Virus record (IMG/VR): IMGVR_UViG_3300006217_000086
Direction: 5' to 3' (one strand)
Source: a virus
Length of the DNA: 48,952 bases
Below, one piece after another: positions 1-6,380 of the stretch. The position numbers and the translations under genes are program-made. The notes under the pieces were generated by a model. That model searched no databases, was not told where the DNA came from, and saw only the letters and a program-made list of their open reading frames with translations. Numbering within the stretch: position 1 is the stretch's first letter; each line of letters begins with the position of its first letter.

Positions 1-77
1 CGCTCCGGCTGCTCCGGCAGCCCGGCCGCTTTGCTGAACCGGCGGTACTGCTCGTTCAGCCGCCGCAGGCGGACGGC
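1..77. repeat. 77-bp terminal overlap, identical to 48876..48952 (circular closure, assembler-style overlap)
   Basis: Direct comparison: cgctccggctgctccggcagcccggccgctttgctgaaccggcggtactgctcgttcagccgccgcaggcggacggc occurs at both ends. Confidence 0.95.
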
Positions 78-308
78 GGCCGCCTGGGCCTCCTCCGGCA
101 GGCCCGCGGCCGCAAAGGCCCCCTGCCGCCGCCGTTGGCGGCGGATGCTCCGCTCCAGGCTCCGCTGCATCTGGGACGCCTGGTAGTCGTCGTACTCCCG
201 GCCCTCAAATTCGATTTTCGGCCGGTTCTCCGGCTTCATGGCCTCCAGCTCCGCGTCGGTGCAGGTCCGCTCCGATACGCCCTCAATAAATGGCCAGAAG
301 CTGTGGCG
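1..308 (-). CDS. MuF-family (SPP1 gp7-like) minor capsid / polymorphic-toxin protein, segment downstream of the in-frame TAG. It continues across the circular junction into 48152..48952.
   Basis: The frame opens right after TAG (311..309): RHSFWPFIEGVSERTCTDAELEAMKPENRPKIEFEGREYDDYQASQMQRSLERSIRRQ.... Codon phase at 77 equals that at 48952. A possible restart ATG lies at 239. Confidence 0.7.
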
Positions 309-386
309 CTATCGGCAGTTCGCCCCTCCTATGCCAGTTACGGAACCATATCCGCACGTCTTTTCAAAATCGGGATAACTGTTCAA
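309..386 (-). CDS. MuF gene fragment 2: (TTG)NSYPDFEKTCGYGSVTGIGGANCR followed by in-frame TAG
   Basis: Contains the conserved YPDF...GYG...G.NCR block of the Mu F domain. SD-like GGGGGTGAT lies 7 nt upstream of TTG at 386. The stop TAG at 311..309 interrupts the NCRH motif. Confidence 0.5.
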   Translation of the reverse strand: MNSYPDFEKTCGYGSVTGIGGANCR

Positions 387-426
387 AATATCACCCCCTA
401 TAACAATCTTCGAAATTGCCAGCAAC

Positions 427-589
427 GATTTCGTAGGGGCGGTTATCAACCGCCCGTTCCCCCAGGCTTCCCGGCCGCAACGGCCAGGCCCTGTCCCCCC
501 AGATTGCCCCTTCCCCCGGAAGCGCCGCTCCTGTGTGGCTCTGCGGGCGGCTGATAGCCGCCCCTACGGGGTGCTGCGCGGGTTGATGA
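427..589 (-). repeat. 163-bp structured GC/G-tract element, copy 1 (inside the interrupted MuF gene)
   Basis: Homologous to 2244..2406. The first 32 nt are identical, and there is a conserved distal block ggctctgcgggcgg..gccgcccctacggggtgc. Terminal 24-nt inverted repeat: cgtaggggcggttatcaaccgccc / gggcggctgatagccgcccctacg. Confidence 0.85.
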
Positions 590-612
590 TTGCCATAAAT
601 TGCCTGTCCTGT

Positions 613-1434
613 TCATGGATGCCGCTCCGGTCCTGCGCCCCTGCCGCCGCGTTTCCACCGGTACACCTTCCCCTGCCATTTCGCATGGTTCTCCCACCCG
701 TTTGGCCCGTCAATATTCCGCGCCCCCAGGTGGGCGGTCACCTCCACCAGGTCCGTCTGGAGGAACTCCATGCTCTGCTCCCGGTACCGCTGGTTCAGCT
801 GGTTCACGCCGGTCATGACAGCCCTTCTCACGGCGACGTCCACACTGTCTACGTGCCCGCTCTCATAGCTGACTGTTTTCAATCCGCTGTCCGCCAGCTG
901 CCGCACGGCGCCGGCAATGGCCCGGTGATAGCCAAATGCCCCGGACTGTATTTTCAGCACCGCGGAATCCAGGGCCCACTGATACGCCTTTCCCGGCTCC
1001 AGCAGCACCCTTCCCCGGCCCTGGTGCACCAGGAAGCCCATGGATTGGGTGATGTTTTGCAGCTGGCCCCGGGTCTGCTGGTAAATGGCCCAGACCGTCT
1101 CGTGGTCCACAAGCCGCTCTGGGGCCGTGAGGCCCGCCAGGCCGGCGAGGCCGCCGTAATACTGCCGGTTCCGCCGGACCACGTCCTCCAGCAGAGCGGC
1201 CAGAGTCTCCTCACCCGCGCCGCTGGTTTTGGCAATGGCCTTTTGGATGTCTGCCAGAGGGAGGCCCAGACCCCGTAGGGCCCGGAGGTTCTGGACCGTC
1301 ACCTCGTTCAGGGCCCCCGCCGCCCGCAGCCGGGTACAGATGCCCTCCAGCAGTTCCTGCTCCAGGCCCCGGTACTGCTCCGCCAGCGCCTCCGGCAGGG
1401 CGTCCAGAACCGTGGGAGTGAAGGGATAGGTCAC
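613..1434 (-). CDS. MuF-family minor capsid (head morphogenesis) protein, N-terminal fragment
   Basis: GTG start with AAAGGAG SD. The N-terminus (LPEALAEQYRGLEQELLEGICTRL) and ...VEVTAHLGARN..HAKWQGKVY are typical of SPP1 gp7/Mu F proteins. It stops at 613 before the YPDF/NCRH block. Confidence 0.8.
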   Translation of the reverse strand: MTYPFTPTVLDALPEALAEQYRGLEQELLEGICTRLRAAGALNEVTVQNLRALRGLGLPLADIQKAIAKTSGAGEETLAALLEDVVRRNRQYYGGLAGLAGLTAPERLVDHETVWAIYQQTRGQLQNITQSMGFLVHQGRGRVLLEPGKAYQWALDSAVLKIQSGAFGYHRAIAGAVRQLADSGLKTVSYESGHVDSVDVAVRRAVMTGVNQLNQRYREQSMEFLQTDLVEVTAHLGARNIDGPNGWENHAKWQGKVYRWKRGGRGAGPERHP

Positions 1435-1446
1435 GGGGCTTCTCCT

Positions 1447-2196
1447 TTACCGCACGCCGCCATCCCCCAGGAACAAAAGCCGGAAGGTCTCCCGGCCCTT
1501 GGGGGTCACCAGGGTCTGGGTGCCGCTCCATTGGGTCTTCTCGTTGAAGCACTCCTTGACCTCAAACAAGCCGCCTGCCACATGGGGATGATAGGGAAGC
1601 AGCTTCCCCTTCTGGTCCCGATAGATGTACTTGTGCCGCAGCAGCTCCGAAACAAAGGCCTTTGGGCCAATCTCCAGCTGCTTGGCGGTCTCCCGGAAAT
1701 TGGTCAGCAGGTTCCGTTCCACCAGCTGGTCAAAGTAGTCCGCCTTTGGGCGCATCATCTGGTTGTCCACCGTCAGGGCGGAAATGCGGGCCTCCCGGTC
1801 CGCGATGGTCTTCTGGGCCAGCAGCAGGGCCTTTGCCATCAGCTCCTCCGGCGTCATGCGGTCCTGCCCCGCGATGTAGCCGCCACTGCGCCGGATGGAG
1901 GGCAGGACTTCATCAAAAATCCAGCTCTCGAACTCAGCGGCCCCCGGAAGGTCCGACCGGGCCGCAAGGCGATAGATGTCCCCCTCGGGGATGAAATTCA
2001 TTTCCTGTTCTCTGCCCAGTTTATCGGTGAGGTGGCGTTTCACCACCCCACGGCAATGCTGCTTGATGGCATTAGTAGTGTCCTTGTAGCCCAGCGCCGC
2101 CGCCACGTCCTTGCCGCAGAACAGCGTCACGCCGTTCTCCGTGATGGTCCGCACCTCTCCAAACTTTGGGCTCCCAAAGATTTGCAATTCATTCAT
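1447..2196 (-). CDS. Bro-N / KilA-C (ANT) antirepressor-like protein
   Basis: N-terminus MNELQIFGSPKFGEVRTITENGVTLFCGKDVAAALGY is a Bro-N pattern. The C-terminus matches the phage antirepressor KilAC pattern (ADYFDQLV...FRETAK). AAAGGAG SD. Confidence 0.8.
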   Translation of the reverse strand: MNELQIFGSPKFGEVRTITENGVTLFCGKDVAAALGYKDTTNAIKQHCRGVVKRHLTDKLGREQEMNFIPEGDIYRLAARSDLPGAAEFESWIFDEVLPSIRRSGGYIAGQDRMTPEELMAKALLLAQKTIADREARISALTVDNQMMRPKADYFDQLVERNLLTNFRETAKQLEIGPKAFVSELLRHKYIYRDQKGKLLPYHPHVAGGLFEVKECFNEKTQWSGTQTLVTPKGRETFRLLFLGDGGVR

Positions 2197-2243
2197 GGGG
2201 ATTGCTCCTTTTTATCAATGCAGGCAGTTCCTTCCCCGCCCGG

Positions 2244-2406
2244 GATTTCGTAGGGGCGGTTATCAACCGCCCGTTGGCAACAGGCCCGTCCGCAACAGAC
2301 CGGGCCCCGTCCCCCCAAGATCGCCCGTTCCCCCGGACGCACCGCGCCCTTGCGGCTCTGCGGGCGGCAGATTGCCGCCCCTACGGGGTGCCGCATGGGT
2401 TGAGGA
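2244..2406 (-). repeat. 163-bp structured GC/G-tract element, copy 2 (between a portal-coupled small ORF and the bro gene)
   Basis: Same length and same terminal hairpins as 427..589. The centre has diverged, but the G-tracts are retained. Confidence 0.85.
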
Positions 2407-2550
2407 CTGCGGCAGAATGGCTCTCCGGACCCGCAGCAGCTTCACCGTGCCGCCGGGCCCGGGAATCAGCTCCACTCGGTCCCCCCGGGAGAGCACCGCC
2501 TCCGCCGCCGCAATCTGCCCCGCATCCAGCCGTACCAGGTCTCTGCTCAT
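2263..2550 (-). CDS. Small ORF translationally coupled to the portal gene (ATGA overlap). The first ~47 aa are possibly SpoVT/AbrB-like, and the ORF then runs into repeat copy 2.
   Basis: MSRDLVRLDAGQIAAAEAVLSRGDRVELIPGPGGTVKLLRVRR... The reading frame enters the element at about 2406 and terminates inside or after it at 2263. Confidence 0.35.
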   Translation of the reverse strand: MSRDLVRLDAGQIAAAEAVLSRGDRVELIPGPGGTVKLLRVRRAILPQSSTHAAPRRGGNLPPAEPQGRGASGGTGDLGGTGPGLLRTGLLPTGG

Positions 2551-3995
2551 CACGCACCGCCTCCCTCTCTCATGCCCCGCGCCAAAAGCGCTCCGATTTC
2601 CGCCGGCGGCTCCTCCGCCAGGTCCGCCGCCCCCGGCAGCATCCGGCGGGCGGTTTTCTCGTCCTCGCCGTACCACTTCATCCGGAACTCCCAGTCGTTC
2701 ATCAGCCCGGCGGCCACCTGCTGCAGGTCCAGGGCCAGGTCCTGCCGGCGGGTGTCCGGGTCGTCCAGCACGCCGTCACCCCAGCGGTACTCCGTCTGAT
2801 ACACCCCCGCCGGGGCCAGGCCCTCCAAGGTGCACAGGGCGTCCATGGCGTACACCAGGCCGTCCAGGGCTGTCTCCAGGGCCCTTTGGATGGCCCGCTC
2901 CGTCACATACTGCCGGTGCCTGGCGGCCAGCACCTCCGTGGCGGTCTTCTCCACGCTCTGGGGGTCCGACAGCGTGCCGTAGGACAGCCCCACGTTGAAC
3001 TCCATCCGCTGGAGGATGTGCTGAAAGCCCCGGTACAGCGGCTCGTCCCGAAAAGCGGGGCTGAACTCCCGGAAGAAGTCCCCGCCGCCGGAGAAGGGGC
3101 CGAAGAGGAACAGCCGGTCATCCAGCGCCTCCGGGCCCTTGGCTGTGTCGTCGGCAAAGATTTTCCGCTCGCCGCTGCGGTACTCCCACAAAAGCTGCTC
3201 CCACTGCCGGTCCGCCTGGCGGAGCAGGTCCGCCGTGGGCCCCGCATAGACCGACACCCCCAGGGGGGACGCCGGCTCCAGGCCGTTGCCGCCCGGGGGC
3301 CGGAACCAGGCGAACAGCGGCCCCTCCAGGTGCGCAATCTCCGCCCGCCGGGGGAGGCCCCGCCAAGCCTCCACGGCATCCAGCGGCACCTCCGCCCCGA
3401 CGGCGCCCTCCGCGCTGCTGCGAAAGGCCCGGTGCTCCACCACATAGGTCCGGCCCCCCTCTTTTCGCGGCAGGAAGTCGTGGTATTCCAGCTTGAGGAA
3501 CCACTGGGCCCCCTGCCGCACCGGCCGGCTCTGGAACACGCCGCCCACGGCCCGCCCAGTCCCGTCAAAGCGGGTGGGCGTGAAGCCGGCCGTCACCGTC
3601 TCCACCCGGATGCGGCCGTCCTCCGCATAGGGCCGCAGGGCCGCGCCCCCCAGGCACAGGCCCAGCTCCAGCGTCCGCTCCAGGTCCGCCGCCGCCCTTT
3701 GCAGCTGGGCGTCCAGATAGGCCCCCCGGGCCCCGCCGGAGACGGCGGCGGAGAACTCCGTCAGGGCGTGGCGGCTCAGCTCCCGGCCGATGGCCGCCGG
3801 CAGGCCCAGGGGCCGCACCGGGCCCTTCGCCCAGGGCGGCTGGTTGGTGTACAGGTCCCACCACAGCCGGGCCCCCTCCTCCATGACCCGGGAGGCGGCG
3901 GGGCGGACGCCGAAGGTCTTTTCCAGGACGCCGGCGGGCAGCTGGGGCCGGGTCCGTGTTTTGAACAGGCCCCTGGCCCAGTCCAACAGGTTCAA
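2550..3995 (-). CDS. Portal protein (SPP1 gp6-like)
   Basis: Likely TTG start at 3995, 7 nt after AGGAGGAA and just past the terminase stop. About 481 aa, positioned between the terminase and MuF genes. The track ORF extends to 4178. Confidence 0.8.
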   Translation of the reverse strand: MNLLDWARGLFKTRTRPQLPAGVLEKTFGVRPAASRVMEEGARLWWDLYTNQPPWAKGPVRPLGLPAAIGRELSRHALTEFSAAVSGGARGAYLDAQLQRAAADLERTLELGLCLGGAALRPYAEDGRIRVETVTAGFTPTRFDGTGRAVGGVFQSRPVRQGAQWFLKLEYHDFLPRKEGGRTYVVEHRAFRSSAEGAVGAEVPLDAVEAWRGLPRRAEIAHLEGPLFAWFRPPGGNGLEPASPLGVSVYAGPTADLLRQADRQWEQLLWEYRSGERKIFADDTAKGPEALDDRLFLFGPFSGGGDFFREFSPAFRDEPLYRGFQHILQRMEFNVGLSYGTLSDPQSVEKTATEVLAARHRQYVTERAIQRALETALDGLVYAMDALCTLEGLAPAGVYQTEYRWGDGVLDDPDTRRQDLALDLQQVAAGLMNDWEFRMKWYGEDEKTARRMLPGAADLAEEPPAEIGALLARGMREGGGA

Positions 3996-4008
3996 GATGG
4001 CTTCCTCC

Positions 4009-5607
4009 TCACTGCCCGCGCCGCTTCCAGATGGTCTCTGTGGCGTAGCGCACGGCGTCGATGTGATGGTTGTTCCGGTCCGGATAGCCGCTGAGAACGG
4101 CCCCGTCCCGGGTTCGTTCATACTCGTACTCCGCAAACTCCCGGTACGTGTCCGGGCACCGCTCCGGGTCAATGACAATCTTCACCAGGGACTGCAGCCA
4201 CTTCATGGAGTAGTCCACGCTGCCCGGCCCCTTCTCCGCCCCCAGGCACCGGAGGCCGAAGGTCCGGTAATCGGCGATGCTCTTGGGCTCCGCGCTGTCG
4301 GCGGTGATGAGGTCCTCGCCGGTGAGGCCCCGCTTCCGCAGAAGCTCCGCCGTCTCCCGGTTGCCCGTTTTCAGGGCGGTCAGCTCGTCGAAGATGTACA
4401 GCGTCCGCCGGGCGGCGTCGTAGTGCACCCGGTTAAAGGCCCAGGGGTCCGGATAAAAGCCCCAGTCCACGCCGCAGAGGACCCGGTCAAAGGCCGCAAT
4501 CCGCTCCGCCGGAATGGGCTCCGGGGCCAGGTTCTCAAAGACCATGCCGCCGCTGCCGTTGGGGATGCCCAGGTACTCGTGCTCATAGGCGGCGGGGTTC
4601 CTCTGCCGCAGGTCCTCCGCCTCGTCCAGAAAGGCCCGCCCCAGCCACTCCGGCGGCACGCTGCGGTAGTCGGAGTGGGTGACCCGGCGGCTTTCCCTGG
4701 GCAGGGCACAGGCGCGGTTGGCCCAGTTGCTTTTTGTCTTGGGGGGATTGAAGCTTTTGAAGATATAGGCCGCGTCGCCGCCGCGGACGGCGGACTGCTG
4801 AATGCTGCGGCACTCCTCGTCGCCGGCAAACTGGTCCAGCTCCTCAAACCAGAGGATGCCGATGTAGCCAAAGGGCGGCTTAATGGATTTCAGCTTCAGG
4901 GGGTCATCGGCGCCGCGGAAATAGATTTTCTGCCCGGTGGAGCGGCAGGTGATTTCCAGGGGAGACTTCGTGTGGCTGAAGTCCCCGCCCAGCCCCAGGG
5001 CCTCAATGGCCCACCGCACCTGGGTGAACACGGAGTCCCGCAGGGTGTTGCTCACCTTGCGGCAGCAGAGGGCGTGCATCTCCGGGTGGGTCCGCAGCAG
5101 GGAGACCACCTCCAGGGAGACGAAGGAGGACTTGGCCGAGCCGCGGCCGCCCTTTTCCACATACTCCGTGTGCCGCCCGGCCAGGATGTCCAGATGGTCC
5201 GCCGCAAAGGCCGGGGCGATCAGCCGGGCGGGAAGCTCAAAGGCGGCATGGCCGCTGTCGGCCGGGGCGCTGTCCTTCGGTTCCCAGGCGCCCAGGTGCC
5301 GGCCCAGCAGCTCCAGGGCTTTTAGCTTGTTGGCGTACTTCAGCGCGCTGTCCGGGGCGTCGGAGGCGGCCATGTCCGTGATTTCCCGAAGCCGGTCAAT
5401 CACATAGTCCTGCGTGACCTCCGTGCGCTGCCGGCGGGCCTGCATGGCGGCCTGGACCGCTTGGGAAACACAGGTTTTCCCAAGCAGCGCCGGGCCGGTC
5501 CGGTCCGCTGTTTTCGCGCTGTATCCTGCTCTCCGGGCCGCGGCGGTGGCATTCAAATCCACCAGGTATTCTTGTACAAACCGCTCCTGCTTCGGTGTTA
5601 ATGCCAT
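4009..5607 (-). CDS. Terminase: small-subunit (Terminase_2-like) N-terminus fused in frame to a PBSX/XtmB-type large subunit
   Basis: N-terminus MALTPKQERFVQEYLVDLNATAAARRAGYSAKTA is a TerS pattern. From about aa 140, ...YVEKGGRGSAKSSF (Walker A) and the remainder match TerL. There is no stop between the two parts. Confidence 0.8.
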   Translation of the reverse strand: MALTPKQERFVQEYLVDLNATAAARRAGYSAKTADRTGPALLGKTCVSQAVQAAMQARRQRTEVTQDYVIDRLREITDMAASDAPDSALKYANKLKALELLGRHLGAWEPKDSAPADSGHAAFELPARLIAPAFAADHLDILAGRHTEYVEKGGRGSAKSSFVSLEVVSLLRTHPEMHALCCRKVSNTLRDSVFTQVRWAIEALGLGGDFSHTKSPLEITCRSTGQKIYFRGADDPLKLKSIKPPFGYIGILWFEELDQFAGDEECRSIQQSAVRGGDAAYIFKSFNPPKTKSNWANRACALPRESRRVTHSDYRSVPPEWLGRAFLDEAEDLRQRNPAAYEHEYLGIPNGSGGMVFENLAPEPIPAERIAAFDRVLCGVDWGFYPDPWAFNRVHYDAARRTLYIFDELTALKTGNRETAELLRKRGLTGEDLITADSAEPKSIADYRTFGLRCLGAEKGPGSVDYSMKWLQSLVKIVIDPERCPDTYREFAEYEYERTRDGAVLSGYPDRNNHHIDAVRYATETIWKRRGQ

Positions 5608-5637
5608 ACCACCACCTCTCAGTCAAAGTCAAATAGC

Positions 5638-5709
5638 GCGGGCGGCTGGGAATCGAACCCGCCGCGGGCGGTTTTGGAGACCGCCCCGCCGCCTTGGTAC
5701 ATGCGCCCG
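5638..5709 (-). tRNA. tRNA-like element (anticodon loop CU-CCA-AA would be Trp); possibly a pseudo-tRNA
   Basis: Minus-sense sequence: cgggcgc..gcggt-ctccaaa-accgc..gcggg-ttcgatt-cccag-ccgcccg. The anticodon arm, GGTTCGATTCC T-loop and 6/7 acceptor pairing are good. The D-stem is poor and the T-stem has 2 mismatches. Confidence 0.35.
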
Positions 5710-5796
5710 TATGCTTTGCGCCGCCCCCAGGGGAGAAACGCGGCCCTGCGGGAGGAGGCTCCCACAGGGCTATTATGACAGAGATTTTCCATGGCT

Positions 5797-5814
5797 GTCC
5801 CACAGTTGTGGGAC
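5797..5814. promoter_or_regulatory. Near-perfect 18-bp inverted repeat (8-bp arms, 2-nt centre) gtcccacagttgtgggac, immediately after the HTH gene stop and upstream of the tRNA-like element and terminase
   Basis: Read directly from the sequence. An A7T6 run flanks it. Confidence 0.5.
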
Positions 5815-5816
5815 GG

Positions 5817-6029
5817 TCAAAAAAATTTTTTCCGGCCCAGCAGATAGTCGGTGGAGACTTCAAAGAAGTCCGCAATTTTTTCCAACGAACGGATGGTGGG
5901 CTCCCGCTCCCCCCGCTCATACTGCCCGATGATGTTCTTGCTCAGCCCGCACAGCTCCCCCAGGGCCTTACGATTCATCCGCCGTTTCTCCCGCAGCTTC
6001 CGGAGCCGCTTCGGGAACTCAGATGTCAC
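5817..6029 (-). CDS. XRE-family HTH protein
   Basis: GTG start after AGGAGGAAGG. FPKRLRKLREKRRMNRKALGELCGLSKNIIGQYERGEREPTIRSLEKIADFFEVSTDYLLG is a canonical HTH_3 pattern. Confidence 0.8.
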   Translation of the reverse strand: MTSEFPKRLRKLREKRRMNRKALGELCGLSKNIIGQYERGEREPTIRSLEKIADFFEVSTDYLLGRKKFF

Positions 6030-6213
6030 GGCCTTCCTCCTTCGCCTCCGCATACGCCCGGCAGTCCCCCGGCAGCCAGAACCGCCGGCTGCGGCCGGTC
6101 TCCAGCAGGAAGTGGCAGGCGTACCACAGGTGGTCGCTTCCGCTCTGGGAGAGGGGCCGCCAATACCGGCACCCCCGGCACCGGCCTGGCCCATAGTCCC
6201 CCCGGCGCTTCAT
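6019..6213 (-). CDS. Small Cys-rich hypothetical protein
   Basis: ATGA-coupled to the upstream ORF. Contains RCRGCRYW...YACHF...GDCRAY. Confidence 0.5.
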   Translation of the reverse strand: MKRRGDYGPGRCRGCRYWRPLSQSGSDHLWYACHFLLETGRSRRFWLPGDCRAYAEAKEEGRDI

Positions 6214-6380
6214 GGCTCCCGAGGCGCTGGCGCCAGCGCCTCCAAGGCCCGCAAAGCCTCCGCCCCCAGACGGCAGGCCTCTCTGATAGCGTCAAATCGC
6301 TCCTCCGAGGTCTCATACATCCAAAGCACGTCCTGGATGGTCTTTGGGTCCAGAATCCTGGCCGCTTCCGCTCTTGTCAT
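6210..6380 (-). CDS. Small hypothetical protein (56 aa)
   Basis: Strong SD GGGAGGGGGTGAG followed by ATG at 6380. MTRAEAARILDPKTIQDVLWMYETSEERFDAIREACRLGAEALRALE... Confidence 0.5.
   Translation of the reverse strand: MTRAEAARILDPKTIQDVLWMYETSEERFDAIREACRLGAEALRALEALAPAPREP

Noticed and set aside
309-311. Genome-wide TAG reassignment (alternative genetic code) as the explanation for the in-frame TAG
   Set aside because: Only one in-frame TAG was seen in a recognisable gene. All other large genes are uninterrupted, and TAG terminates at least one normal gene (36628..36990).
427-589. Hammerhead-type self-cleaving ribozyme, or a classical group I intron core, within the 163-bp element
   Set aside because: No CUGANGA...GAAA hammerhead core is present; the only near-matches are ctgatag and ttgatga. 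I could not recognise P/Q/R/S-like group I core sequences by eye. This is not excluded, only unsupported without a covariance-model search.
413-604. 8-bp direct repeat aaattgcc (413..420 and 597..604) as a target-site duplication for element copy 1
   Set aside because: The repeats lie 6-7 nt outside the boundaries of homology between the two copies. Copy 2 has no equivalent flanking duplication. Removing the element together with one repeat still leaves the MuF gene interrupted.
2166-4094. Very long plus-strand ORFs (for example 2166..4094, 3790..5325, 5694..7155, 7177..8706, 9417..11126, 39043..40818, 46886..48037)
   Set aside because: They lie antisense to genes with clear family signatures. 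Their translations are low-complexity and rich in Pro, Arg, Gly and Ala, and they lack SD sequences. They are typical shadow ORFs of GC-rich DNA.
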